NCBI GenBank assembly: GCA_051294905.1
Contig: CM119373.1
Location: forward strand, 312,001-376,000
DNA length: 64,000 nucleotides
From: Botryllus schlosseri
Lineage: Eukaryota
Reading direction: 5' to 3'
Shown here: positions 13,330-26,379 of the stretch, one piece after another
How the letters are laid out: every line of letters starts with the position of its first letter
How positions within the stretch are numbered: position 1 is the first letter of the stretch
Position numbers and translations under genes: made by a program
Notes under the pieces: generated by a model
Told to the model about the DNA's origin: nothing
Databases searched by the model: none
What the model saw: only the letters and a program-made list of their open reading frames with translations

Positions 13330-14484
13330 ATAATTATACATACATACATACATCTAGCTAAAAATCGCCAAAAGAAAATACTATTGTAAAGAACTAGTTC
13401 CATATATTTTAACAGTTCTACCATAAAAATCTTAAAACCTCGTATACCCAGTGTGTCTTCCGATACAACCCTAAAGCCAGATTTCACCCAAAAGATTTCA
13501 ATGTTGACAATCGGCAACTATATCAACTCCACCAGGAATTATTTCAGTAGCATCAATGTCAACATGTTTCTTTCTTGGCTAGTTCTGTTTTAAATGCAAG
13601 TGTTCAGCATTCCTGACACTCAAGCAATTACATGAATTAGTTTTGTTGTTCTGTTTCTGATATTTTGGTTTTACAGGGTACCGTTTTCAATGACAAGCCT
13701 ATTTGGTCATCTCAATCTGCAAGAAACTAATTATCCTTCTTTATTTCGGTGGCACAAATAACTGGCATATTTCCGGCAACGTTGAAAACTATTTATGAAT
13801 TGCCCAGTTGAACCATACTCTTTCTATGTGGATCGCTAAAATAAAAATACCGTATATCACAATGATCTCGTTGATATATTTCTGGTGCATAGAACCATAT
13901 AGTCATAGTGCAATTACAGTTTAATAACCGTGGCAAAATCATGGACAGGGCAGAAGCAGTTTAGGTTTAGATAACTTCTTTGAGACATCGAGAGCAAACT
14001 TGATGTGTTCCTGCACTCGCAAGCAAACATCACCGAAGGCGATTAGAATCACTGCTACTCAAGACTGCTTCACGTTGAGTTTGATGTAGTCAGAAGCTAA
14101 AAGTTGAAATATTCGCGTCGGAATGTCGTTGCAATGCAGTATCCTTCGAAGTTACACACGAGTCTTCGCCGTTTTAGATCCATCTATGGATACTGAAGTC
14201 GCAAATGCAATCCATGGCGTCATTCAAGGCTGACATACCTATTAGAAAGAGTATACTATAGTTCATTAATATGGTCTGTGTTAGTTTCGTGATAAAACAT
14301 ACTTATTCCAGACGAAAACCCCTCGAAAAGCGTAAAAACACGGAGAATCCCAGTAGTTCACCATAAGCACCAGTGCGCAAGTAGGTAGCCAGAGCAGTTT
14401 TTCAATTTTCTCCGCCGTCACGGTAAGTTGCGCACTCCAGTGTTTATATAGCTCAGTGGGCAGTCCAAAAGTTATCTTCTAGAG

Positions 14485-15301
14485 CAGTGGTTCCCAAACG
14501 GCGGGGAATTCCCCACTGGTGGGGAATTTTGGGATTTTTGGTGGGGAATAGACTCACTTTTGAAAAAATATTTACAGTAATATTCTCCTTTATTATTAAA
14601 TGTCGTTTTGAAATGCTAACAGAATATTTCATAGCTCAGTTGCAATTCAGCGATTCATATTATCAGTGCCTCCAATTAGCGAGAATTACTTGGATAGCGA
14701 CACGCGTTCTCCAGACATGTTTTATTCATTTGTACACCATCATCGGTCACGAAACGTAGTGATAGAAAAATTCTGATTCGTTGTAATAAGAGCTCATATT
14801 GCTGAACATGTATTCAAGGGAGACCGTGAACTCGCTAATTGATAGCACATCTGGACTCGTGACAATGGAAATTTCATATTTATGTTATTTCAAGTTCTTT
14901 CAGTATTGTGCGAAAGTATATTTTACGGCGGCTTATCTAACCCATGTATTATTCGGTATTTAGGTATGTAAATTGATGCGACCCCGCAACATTTGGAAAA
15001 TTTTCAAACCCCTCTTATTTTTCTGTTGGCTGCGCGACGGGGTGGATACATATATTTACGGAGGTGCGTTTACGGTTACCAGTTCACCGCTGCGTTAATT
15101 TTATTGTGTGCTGATCAATTCCGGGGATCTTAGCAATCACCAATAGCACGTAGGCTACTATATACTAAGCAAAGTCTTGCAAAATTTTATTGGAGGTTGC
15201 ACTTTGAAGGGTAGATATGAATATAAAGTTTTTAGGTGGGGAATGAAGGCCCGTAGTAAATCGGAAGTGGGGAATTAGGATGAAAAGGTTGGGAACCACA
15301 G
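14485..15301 (+). mobile_element. hAT-Charlie-type non-autonomous element
   Basis: Ends CAGTGGTTCCCAAAC / GGTTGGGAACCACAG; TSD decayed. Confidence 0.7.
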
Positions 15302-15499
15302 CGCAGAATTTACTGAATCTGGTCTTGATCGAAAGCTACTGTCGCACTGATTCCGGCACACTCCCGATAACTTGGCTGTTGATCATGTCATTACCAAAGT
15401 CAAATTAAATCAGCATTAGATTCAATTTAGGATTTTGGAACAGGACCTATAGTAATAGAAAGGTCCAATCGCCGATATATACATTGGTGTTACACAGTG

Positions 15500-15925
15500 G
15501 TGGCCTTACGAACGGGAAACCAGAAATCTGCAACTTGGAAAACCGGAGTAGAATTCTCAAAAACCGGTTAATTTTTCCCACTTTGCGATCGGTTGAAAAA
15601 AAAGGTCATCTTTTCCGCTCAGAACTAAAAAAAAACGTTTTTCTCTTCACATTGCCTTGCCAGGTGGATGACTGAAAAAAAAAACAAGGTCATCTTTTCG
15701 CTCAGAGCTAAAATCATCGTTTTTCACTCCGAAATACCCGCCGGAGCGTGACTTCTGTGCTAATTTGCGGCATATCACTCGCAATTTGCTCTAAATCTGA
15801 CCTAAATTTTCAAAAAAGAGGACAAAATCTCAAAAAAGAGGACAAAAGGGCGTCCTCCGAGGACACTTTCAAAAAAGTCAAAAAAGAGGACAAATCGTCT
15901 TAAAAGAGGACGTATGGTAAGCCTA
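15500..15925 (-). mobile_element. Partial Tip100-like hAT MITE
   Basis: Reverse-complement homolog of 3729-4068; ends TATGGTAAGCCTA; AAAAAGAGGAC subterminal repeats. Confidence 0.75.
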
Positions 15926-16524
15926 CGTTAAAGAGTAGTTTCCTGTTTTTGGAGCGGTTTTAGAGCGAATTTGATGTTCTCAAATCGAAAGAAAGATATG
16001 TGGCGTTTAAATATTGTCGAATACTTCAAAATCCAAAATGAACTCGCGCGGGCCGCGTGTTTGAAACCTCTGAGGCCAAGGCGGGTGTCTGATTCCTAAG
16101 ACTATACTGCAAGTCGTTTCGACACATTCCTGTCTTTTCATTGTATCGCATTTTTGTACTGTATTGAAGTGATAAAATTGCCGATAAACCGACTCATGAA
16201 GCCTTTTCACATGGAGAAATTTGTTGTCACGACACACCTGAATGCGTCATGAGATTTCCAGTTGATCGGTTATGTGTGACCGATTCGAGAGAATACTGAG
16301 CTCGTCGTCATGACGGCCGATTTTATCGTGTGTTTTGCCGTGAGTGTTGACACTCGTCTTTGGAGCAGGGTATTTCACGCTTTGTCGTGAGAAGTATGGA
16401 AGATCGCTGGCCGAGAAATGTTAGCGGCTAAAATAGATTTCAATTGATCGGCGAATTCTCAAGAATTTCACACGATATATGCTTCCTTTGCAGTTCTGTG
16501 GTTAATTAAGTATACGTTACGGTT

Positions 16525-16967
16525 ATGTCGGAGTCCGCAAGCAATAATATCCAGAAAAAGGTAAGATACCGTACGGTATACATCTAGTTTATTTTAACAA
16601 TTTCCAAACATGTCTGCGTATTTTTTGGTAAAATTTAAAGATACATTTTCGTTATTTTCGCCCCCTAGAGCGCCAAATCGCCCCCTGGGGGGCGATATCG
16701 CCCACGTTGGGAACCACTGATCTAGACAAAGAACGTCTAAGCATAAGAGAAAACGTATGCTCTATTTCTTTGTTTATTGAGGTAAAAAGAAAAGTATGTT
16801 CTTGCTACCTACTAGGATCTGGAAGTTTTGAAGATAGACTGTTCAGCCATCTTGACGAAGAGCGGAAGCTTAGGCGTGAAGAACTAAATGCTCTACAGCA
16901 AGAAAGCCAGGCAAACCGAGAAATGATGATGAAGTTAATGTCATCTATCACTCGACTGGCAGATTAA
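16525..16967 (+). pseudogene. Remnant of the Harbinger Myb/SANT-type accessory gene (first and last exon only)
   Basis: ATG exon 16525-16560 with GTAAGA donor; last exon from 16816 encodes coiled coil RLFSHLDEERKLRREELNALQQESQANREMMMKLMSSI; the Myb domain itself is not visible. Confidence 0.45.
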
Positions 16968-17003
16968 ATGCAGAAATGAGGTACGGCTTATCGGAATGGT
17001 TCC

Positions 17004-17163
17004 CAGGGTTGTAACCAAGTCTCGAGTCATATGTTTTAGTCCGGGTCGTGCGCAATGACTCTATTACAAGTCGAGTCAATACACAAATTGACTAGAGTCG
17101 AGTCATTTTTAACAAAATGACCCGAGTCACCAAACAATCACTACTCGAGTCATTACAACCCTG
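17004..17163 (+). mobile_element. hAT MITE with GACTCGAGTC subterminal repeats
   Basis: TIRs CAGGGTTGTAA / TTACAACCCTG; TSD ATGGTTCC/CTGGTTCC; same TIR family as 37783-39342. Confidence 0.8.
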
Positions 17164-17183
17164 CTGGTTCCTATTGCTAGGCT

Positions 17184-17667
17184 TGTTATTGTATTTTACT
17201 ATTCATTAAATTGTGCTAGTCTTAGATGTACTACGATGCCCTTTTCGACGTCATGCTATCGTGGAGATTTTACAGAATTGTCAATCGTCACATGTCCGCC
17301 GTACCGAGCTCTACTCATGGTGTGTGAAGTCATCGTAATGATTTCGACCAACTCGAAAACAACGATCTGGCAATATACTTGGAGGCGATTCTGACCAACC
17401 ACGTGTTGTCCTACCGCGACAGTCGACTGTTTTCTTCTATATACATGGGCCACGGACTGAAGTGAATTTTGCCTTCATGTGAACAGCGACGGTGCCACTC
17501 TGATGATTTGAGCTGGCACATGAATGAATTTGTGTATTTTTTTCTATGTGTGCTATTTACTTAGGTTAAATTGTGTTGTTATTCCATTTAGAATAACTTT
17601 TATATAATAAAAGCAGTATAAAACCTTGTGTTGCATATATCTGTTACGAAGGAGTTCACAAACAACA
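17184..17667 (+). mobile_element. Possible solo LTR
   Basis: TGTTATTGT...ACAAACAACA termini, AATAAA ~40 bp before the end; TSD not clean. Confidence 0.4.
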
Positions 17668-19029
17668 GGACTTATATCTTGAGTTAAGTACAAGTATAGG
17701 CTAAATCCGAAGATATTTGGTTAGCTATACCTCAAATACAGATCAAGCAGAGACAGATTGGCTTTAATTTCTGGCAGAAGTGAGTAACATGACAGCTTAA
17801 AGCTACAATTCTGGATCGTCCACCATCACTCCAGCAGGTTGTTTTTATTGTCTGGCACTCCGAATGCCTTTCACTTCGTTATACTTAAGAAGGCAAAAAC
17901 GTAGTCTAGAACATATGCCTATCTAGGTCTCCTGTATCTCTTAAACGTACTAACATTGGCCTGCCTACGCTCTACGAGTCTACATTCATACCAGAGCGAC
18001 AATACTAAGGATTCAGATAAGTCAATTTTGTGACAGGCTGTTCACGAAATACGATATCCGAAAAAGACTATTATATGAAACAATTACCAGAACAAAAAAA
18101 ATCAAGGCAACTAACGAGCGAGTCACTGGCAAATTTGTCACGGTAGTATATCACAAAGTATGTCTTATACTACGTCTGAGCGGAAGATTTGTGACAATGT
18201 GTTCAGTCAGCACATGACGGACGTCCGTTGCATTAGGTAGTTGTGGAGAGGGTGAGGACACATCAGCAGATTTGGCATCATTTGGGAGGAAATATAATTA
18301 GTGCTTAACCACCCAATGATAGGGGTGTGGGAGCGCTCACAAATATTGTGTAGAACACAGCATGTTGCAATGATTTGAGGAGCCAGGTCTATTCTTGCAT
18401 CAATTTTCTTGCCAATGATGCGCCCGCGTTCTTTCAACTTTCCGAATGCGTTTTCCACCACTATCCTGATGCTGCTCAGGTGTGCATTAAATGACTATTT
18501 GGCAGGGTCCAAATTTCTCCCAGTGTAGGGTTTTAGAAGCCACGGCAGCAGAGGATAAGCAGGATCTCCTAGAATCAGCAATGGAACCTCCACGTTGTTT
18601 ATTCGCACTGGAGCCTGATAAAGGGAACAACAGTCGTGTGACAGAGATCAACATGACAACAAAAGCATGATACCTACCCTTGGTAACAAATTCATACTTT
18701 CATAGAGTCGCGAGTTTTTGAAAATGAAGGCGTCATGACAACTTCCAGGCATGGTGACATTATTATCCCAGAGACTGTTACGATCACGTTTCAATCACAC
18801 ATCTTTGAAGGGTCGAATTTTCAAGGAACTCACCAGTAATTGTCATCAACAACAGCTTGCAATACAATAGACTCTCATCTTTTTCTATTTTGATAATCTC
18901 GCTTGCCATTTACTGGAGCGGTGATTTGAATATGGCTGCCATGAATGCATCAGAGAACCTAGAAAATGGCAGCGTTGGTGGGCACGTCAACTCGTGGACA
19001 CATAGTGCTATAATTAGACTCGTGTATAT

Positions 19030-19334
19030 ATAAATGGTTCTATACCAACACCGAGCAAACCATTACCGAGAATGGACACCACTAAGAATGGCCACCACCG
19101 ATAATAATGGACATTACCGAGCATGGCCAATGCCAAGAAACTAACTTATTGAGAAGGCGTTGTCGAGAAATTTACATCCGAGACTCGACACCATATGTGG
19201 CAAAGCCGTCATGCACATACACACGACCTGTACAAGTGTACATATGCATAACATGCCTGCATTGTATTCATTGCATTCTCGGTGGTGTCCATTCTCAGTA
19301 ATGGTTTTCTCGGTACTGACCGGACACCATTATA
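19030..19334. mobile_element. Foldback MITE in a transposase intron
   Basis: Inverted arms with repeated ACCGAGAATGGAC motifs, reverse-complemented at 19275-19334. Confidence 0.65.
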
Positions 19335-19608
19335 AACACGGTATTTTCCGTGAGATATTTGCAATGCACAATATATACCTGAGGAAAACCATATTTGACT
19401 CCAATTCTCTGTGCTATGTCCTTGGCTTCCTCATCTGATGGTGGATGTATGAAGTCCGGTAATTTGAGGCATATGGTAGTGCAGAACCTACAATAGCAAA
19501 ATAAAATAGCGTTGCAATGTTCTTCTTTCATGTAACCAGGGCTCTCCAAACAAAGTTTAGATTTTTATACTTTCACATAAATAATTCCAGAAGACATCGA
19601 ACGTTGAA

Positions 19609-19646
19609 CTATAGACTACCAACCTCCGTAGGTTAGTAATCTATAG
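19609..19646. mobile_element. 38-bp minimal palindromic MITE (CTATAG family)
   Basis: CTATAGACTACCAACC..GGTTAGTAATCTATAG, with GTTGAAC at both junctions. Confidence 0.65.
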
Positions 19647-22417
19647 TTGAACACGTTCGAACCGCAGTGTTGCGGTTGTACTCGGTGACAATTAGGTCGG
19701 TGGTATTGATTACCAGTCTTTAAAAGGTAAAAAGGCACACAATCACTTCAGAGTCACAATTATCATCAGCATCCCAAATTGCAATTATCAGCATCGCAAA
19801 TATCTTTATTTCTATAGCTTATTCATAAGTCTGGATTGAATAAAACTCACTAACATTTTCGAGCCGATCCAGCAGACGGACAGTGAACACACATCGTCAA
19901 AATGTGATTTACGTTTGTATCAATTTAGGCCTGGCACGAAAAGAATCATCACATTATAACTATTTGAATAGAATTGTTGTACTTCATATATATTAACTAT
20001 AAGATATAGACACCATGATGGGCGGACAAATGTATGATGCCATCATACAAGCTATCAGGTTATAATTTTCAGCTACTATGAATATTTTGAGTCCAACAGA
20101 CTGATAATAGAGACTGATCTGATATCAAAACATTTTTAAGTAGAGCATTGTAATTCCAATCCAGGATTCGGGTATACTTCTGTTAAGTAGGCTATTTAAT
20201 CTCATGGCAAAATATCTTCAAATATAGGAGCAGAAAAAAATGTAAATATAATATAAATATAATAATGAATGTGTCCTAGTGATTGAAATGTCGGAACGCC
20301 GAACGGCCCATTGCTGTTACATCGTTGGAGCGTACGACTACGGTAGCCTACTCGGTACCTTTAAGTGGCCATAATAACATGGTCTAGCGACCAAAGATGT
20401 AACTAACAGATTGACAATGGTTGCCATAACTATACTTGCTTCGTTAGCGAAATACCAAGCTGCGACCTTCTGATATATTACTATTCCCCTGATACGCGAT
20501 TAGTTTATTGCGCCTATGGTTCTAACAAATTTACGGCATTACGAGTCACTTCAAGTCCACTCGAGTCATTTTCATTTTGCCATCGAGTTAGCCCGAGTCT
20601 GAGTAATTCTAAGAAAGGTCGCGTCCAAGTCCAACTCACAAATTTCAGTCTGGAATCGTTCAAGGGTCCGGTTTTGTCATCATGATTTGGAAATTAGCGA
20701 AATAGTGAATGTTCCACTGCATGGTAGCGTTTGCAGTTGATCTGATAGTGAAGTTTGATGAATAGTTGAAGGCTTTCGGAGCAATTTAAGAGGGAATTTT
20801 CACTTTATAACCTGAAAAGATATATGTGACACTTATATTTTGTAAAATTAATAAAAATCTAAAATGTCGTCGCGGGCAGCACAAAATGCTCTGGCGGGCC
20901 GCATGCGGCCCGCGTGTTTGAGACCTCTGCTTTAAATGATCTTCGAAATTGTTCCCACCTGGGCTCATTTCCTCGCGTACTAATTCCGTGATCTCGTAAA
21001 ACGTCTCCTTTCTCATGCGGAAGTTCTCAATCCAATCATACTCGGAATAATTCGGGACATTACCGTACCTATAACTTTGCACTCTGTAAATTATTTGCAT
21101 AAGAATTTAATTTTGCGAAACGAACAGGAACATCATATGGTCTGCACCTTCTTTTTTTCCAACAGCATCGTCATCGCAGGTGCCTTTTCTGTAGTTGAAG
21201 CAAATTAATCGAAGATCTCAACTTCAGCATTCTAATACGTCTCATCAACTGCCTTTGCCGAAATCACGCCAGCATCACATACATAACTAACGAAAATTAT
21301 CTTAACAGTCCCCATCACCGTAGTTAACCGCGTCGCGTCAAGTCAATGCGTCATGTGAAAACAAAAGTTGTAAATCACTCCGCGGATCTCACGAATTTTA
21401 CTGCTGAAGCGTGAGAAGACGGCAGCCGCTTCGCTTCATTGGACTTTGTCGTGATAAAGACGAGACTCATGTGAATGGACTGAAAATACGATTCTATCCC
21501 GGAAGTCTGATCCACAAAGTGGCGCTACTGAGCATTGGGTAACAGGAAATTTATATCGCGGATAACAAGTGGACTTTTCGTCGTTCCCGTAGAAGAATAG
21601 CTAACCATAAGCTTAGCTGCCTTGGCTACATTAACTTGAGAGTCACATTCCTGAGGTTGTAAGGCATATCTTCAATCTTGATTATAAAAGTTACGGAACT
21701 AGTGAACTATGCACCAACATTACCCGTTCATGGTGATCATTTTATTGACTAAGTACTTTTACACGTCACCTTTTTTTTCTTTTATAATACTCTCGAATTG
21801 ATATTTCATGACTCACCAGATTTCTAGTTACGAGGTTTCAGTTTTTTCCGTTTACGCCCATTACGTAAAATACTTCATTAGATACCTATTACATACGATG
21901 CGCCGCCGGTTTATTTTTGTACGCCTTATACCTATCGCAATGTTACTTCTAAAATTACCAAATTTATCACACCACACTTCACTTCTTCCACAAAACAAAC
22001 TATGAAAATCACATATTTATCTCCAAATCTCAAACACCCATTCTTACCTTCAGATTTAGTCATTCTCCGTTGTGTTCCGTATTACTCTTATCGCCATCCA
22101 TTGACTTGTTCCGTTTCGTCTCCTCGTGTTCCTCATACGACTTAAAGGTCAACTGCATCTTAAAAATGACTTTGCCTTATTTCGTACATTATGTGGTTGG
22201 GAATATGAATAAAATATTGAAAATTGAAAATACCTTATAGTTTTCAAGTAATTTAAATTGTAAATCGAAAAGCCAAAAAACGGAAACGAAACCATTCAGC
22301 CATGAAATGACGTCATGTAACTGACACAGCAGAAGACTTGGTACCTGGTTTGCATAAAGTTAGCCCTGTTGCTGTGGATTTGAGTATTTCAGTTTGATCA
22401 TGAAAGCTGTTGAGAAG

Positions 22418-22625
22418 ATGAGGAATGGAGGTAGACGTTATGTCGCGTATGGCTGCTACAATACGCAATATGCGGTACTCAAAGTGTCCTTACATCGCTT
22501 TCACAAGCCATATGCCGGCAGCCGACTGGACGCCTAGCTGAACAGTGAACACCGTGAAGACCAAAATTGCGCACAGAATCATATTTATGCGCGGATCACT
22601 TCCAGCCATCTTGCTTCAATGAAGT
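22418..22625 (+). pseudogene. THAP domain of the Kolobok transposase gene, degenerate
   Basis: RRYVAYGCYNTQ..VSLHRF...W...LCADHFQPSCF. Confidence 0.75.
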
Positions 22626-23721
22626 ATCCGAGATACACAAGCTAGTTGACTATCGAACACAGGCAACTATCGCATGTACAACACTTTATTTTCATGGAGG
22701 AATACCGGTATACTCCTCTGAAGCTACGTAGTGTCCGAAATCGGTAAGTGAAAATGTATTGAGTCAGCTAGTACTATAAGAGTAACTAACCGTTTCTATT
22801 AGTATTGACTGTGGTGCTAATGAAAGTAGTTATTGTTTGCACTCAAGTGTACATGTAGAATTAAGTATATGCCTTCAAAAACTTTTGAAGTGGAAGTATT
22901 CTAAAATTAAGCCACTTACTTCGCTCATTGAAAGAAGTAGTGGCATTAGTTATTGAAAAGGGAGTATGTAACCAGCTGACTGCATGACCTGATGGTTACG
23001 TCGTTGACCACCTTTATGGACTCCGTGGTTAATTGAAAAGGACGCGACTCGAGCCAAAACTATAGAAGTGAGATTGACTTGTGACTCTAAACTTTGCGAC
23101 TTGGCTACAACCCTGATAAAATCATAGACTGATGAAGCTGTAGCCTATGAGTCAGGATGCCTGCTTATCATATAAGCAGCAAAAGCAACAAGATAATACC
23201 GATGATCCATTACTATATCGTAATCTATGTCCCTCTCAAGATGTTGGCAGCTCAGCAGAGATGAGAAAGTACCAGTATCAACATAACAGTCGTAAAGTAC
23301 TGTGTTAACTGTTCAAAACAACCCTTATAAGATTTCACCATATTCACAAGCCATACGCATCATTGTAGGATGCAGTTGGCAATCCTTAATTTAATGATAA
23401 TTAAGAATACAACGTTTGGAATACTGCCTTCAATCTGAACTGGAATACTGCCTTCAATCTGACTGTGTTAACACCTTGTGATATTCTTTTGCCTTCTCTA
23501 GATTACTGCAATGAAGAAGTCGATGCACTCATCAAAACAAATCCAGGAACGGCAGAGTTCATCAATTTTATTTGAGTAGCGGCATCGTCAAAATTAGCTG
23601 GGATGATGATATTGCTGGACACAAAATCGATATATTTCTCTTCCTGATACAAGCAGTGTCAATGGATTAGTTTGTTGCGTTTACTGTTTTTAATAAAACT
23701 ATTCATTCACAATTAAGCATT

Positions 23722-24135
23722 TCAAAATTGAAATCCTTTGAAACTACTGGATGTGAATTTTGATCGGATGGCAGTAACGACATGCGCAGGCAGGATTTTC
23801 CGTGTTGTTTTCTGCAGAATCCCCATAGCAATCGGACGAAATTCCTGTGCAGTGTTTCTCAGCTTCCTGAAAAGTGTAGTTGTGTAAGGCAAGTTGTGTA
23901 CTTGACAACAGACTCGCCGTTTCATCTTAATGTGGCTCATTCACTCATGCTAGATGATTCACTAGATGTTATAATTCTGTGGCCATAATCCTGTTCATAT
24001 CTATAGTAAACCATCTCCAATGCATCACCATCCCAACAAGCTGATTGAAATCATGGTAATGCTGTGATTCACTCTTATTCTGTCAGCACACACTCTCCCT
24101 GATAGTTGGCATTCAAGCTGGCAACCTCCATACTA
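23722..24135 (-). pseudogene. KolX / P2X7 C-terminal (ballast)-like domain remnant
   Basis: MPTIRESVC*Q (MPT..E..CC pattern), DALEMVY, and terminal RKILPAHVVTAIRSKFTSSSFKGF matching R..LP.CVV..IR..F.....GF. Confidence 0.75.
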
Positions 24136-24662
24136 ACACCCGTGATTGATTGTAGCAAGATTCCTTATTGAAACGAGGTAATCCACCAAATTATACAGGC
24201 CGCTACCATACTGCATTTCATTTAGTTTAGACAAGCGGCTTTTACGCTGATCACACTACTGATTACCACCCGACCCTTCATTATACGAAGCTGCTAGGGG
24301 TTCCACTGATGTGGGATCGAGTGAAGCACCACCTGAAGTGCGTCCGCATTTCATACTTACATTGAAGTACTCAGACTCAGTTTCAACACCATACAAGCGA
24401 GTCCTTCGCCATACAACTAACTAAAATATTCGCCCAGCGTCTGGGCGAACGCAAACATCCGCTGTGGTGAGAATAGAGATGTCATGTACTTGACGTCACA
24501 ATGCACATTCTGCTTTTTCTGTAAACATGCCAATATTAAGACTTTCAGTCAAAATTACGGCAATTTCCGATTGAGTTGAATCACGGAAAGTCGGCAATTT
24601 CGGTATAAAAAAAAGTTCTGAACATGATTCCGCAAAGTTGTCTATAGAGATGCAGTTGACCT

Positions 24663-25230
24663 TTAAGGTTCTACGTCGACGACACCTTATACAACCTACC
24701 CATAACACAATCACCAGAGCTATCAACCCGGTTACCATCATTATCACAGCAACCGGTTTCAGTGTAGGTATCAGTTTCGCACCTTCCATAATCATCATAT
24801 CGATAAAGTTTAATCCACTTACCTTATATCCACCTTCCATCATCACCAGTTCGTGCAGCCATCGAGTATAGTTGTGGTCAACGAAATCTGTGGTTGTCTT
24901 CCCCACGGTGGTTCTTGATATTCGGGAATACTCAGGAGCGGGTGTTCCCAAACTTCGGGTTTTCTGCCCGGGCTGCGGCGATGTGTTAGCCATCGTTGAC
25001 TCCAAGGTAATATTCATTAGTTCGACACTCTTCGAGGACGAGTCGTCTTTGTCGTCCCCTGTTGAATACAAAACAGTTGTTTCGGTACTTACCTTGCGGT
25101 TGTGGTCTGGGTTTTGGTAGTCCGTTCCGATGTCGGTCCTGCCGTCTTCCGTGGAGTTCTGCAGAGCCTTCGCAGTGGTGACCGGATGCACTCGCGTCGT
25201 TGTAGGTGTTTCACCAATGATTTTCTTCAT
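24663..25230 (-). CDS. Env-like single-pass membrane ORF of the Gypsy element, interrupted by the Kolobok; tail continues 22141 to ~22055
   Basis: Thr/Ser-rich region with N-x-S/T sites (NST, NIT, NTS, NYT), TM VAVIMMVTGLIALVIVLWVGCI, then RCRRRR; removing the Kolobok restores the in-frame tail RTLSRMRNTRRRNGTSQWMAIRVIRNTTEND*. Confidence 0.55.
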
Positions 25231-26379
25231 TCCGTAGGTTTGGTTTCACGCGCGAAGAGTTTGCAACTGTTGCTTCCCATAAGTCGCATCAGTTGGTTTG
25301 ACAGTTTTATACTCCCCCTTTTTGTTAGCCATCGATTTCGATAGTCTTCCTTGCACCAGCCTCGCTTTCATCCGCCATTGTATTGTTAGGGGTGGCAGAT
25401 GTTTCAGCGCTGTAGTGCTTGGATCATAGTCTTGCGCCGCTGGAGTTACCCACGTCGGACTGTAGTAAGCGATCATGTACACTTCTTGGGATGGGGGTTT
25501 ACCTCTGACGTCCGTCTTGCTACTATCGAGTGCGACACGTCTTGTCTTGTAGTCTTTCATTTATTTTCTCATGAACAACAAAAATAGCCAATTTTCATTC
25601 GGCAAAACCTTGTTCAATAATACCAAAATCAGGTATTATATCTATTGCTTCCTTTAGTGCCTTCGCCTGACCCTCCCGCGTCAGGTTATAGGGGCCAGAA
25701 ACGAAGGGCTTAGTCGATGGGTCCTTACGTCCGATGTCGCATTGGTATTTCATGGATTGGGGGGCTGAGTTGGCCCCGCAGGCTATCAAGTTCGGAAGCA
25801 AATGGATCATAAACGGCTGTCAAGACTCCTTCAGGAATGGCGATATTTTCTAGGCCAGCCAAAAGTCAGGAGGTTTGTATGACAGTTTCGCCAGAGCTAC
25901 CGATTGTGCACAGAGACTTTCGAGTTCCGTCTTCACGCTGGGACTGGTGTCTTGTTGTAAGGTTAGGCTACATAGTAATTGGGCCAGTTATTGGCCCAAT
26001 GCGAATCTCGTGATGAACGGGGTTTTGGTGTTGGTGGAGAGAGGGCGAGGTTCTTCGTTGTCAGCGGGGATTCCCAACCTATTCAATCTGACCTCTGATC
26101 TCGGCGTGTGCCCACGCCTACCGTCACGCCGGCGGATTCGATTGCCGCCGGGGCCCGTTTCTGGGGAGACGTGCATCTTAAAATCCCCAGACTCCTTGCC
26201 GGACATGACCGGGCGTGTGTCCGGTTGACCGACAATAGCTGCTTCGTTTGAACCTTTGGTAAATTACTCATAACTGTGGCTGTCGTCATGCATCTTTGGG
26301 CCGAATTGTTACAGTTATTCGGACAAGTGCATCCACGAGAGCTTTCAGGACCAGTTTTCTCGTGCAGGTCCTTATTTAC

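Larger units (their letters stand above)
18150..21100 (-). pseudogene. Intron-containing Harbinger DDE transposase (HARBI1/DDE_Tnp_4-like), degenerate
   Basis: Exonic motifs WIENFRMRKETF (~21000), YGFPQ (~19385), SIVLQAVVDD (~18850), PGSCHDAFIF (~18740), LGDPAYPLLPWLLKPY, VENAFGKLK, CCVLHNIC; in-frame stops. Confidence 0.9.
16200..21481. mobile_element. Decayed two-gene PIF/Harbinger transposon
   Basis: Imperfect TIRs AGCCTTTTCACATG / CATGTGAATGGACT; convergent transposase (minus) and accessory-gene remnant (plus). Confidence 0.75.
22146..24662. mobile_element. Kolobok DNA transposon, internally deleted
   Basis: Perfect 15-bp TIRs AGGTCAACTGCATCT / AGATGCAGTTGACCT; TTAA on both sides; convergent THAP and KolX-like remnants. 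Confidence 0.9.

Noticed and set aside
13500..14250. Possible transposase (IDATEI) or zinc-domain exons on minus
   Set aside because: Motifs too short and frames broken; cannot assign
24496..24662. C-terminal ~55 aa of the 244-aa ORF
   Set aside because: Read-through into the Kolobok end; the real tail lies beyond the element
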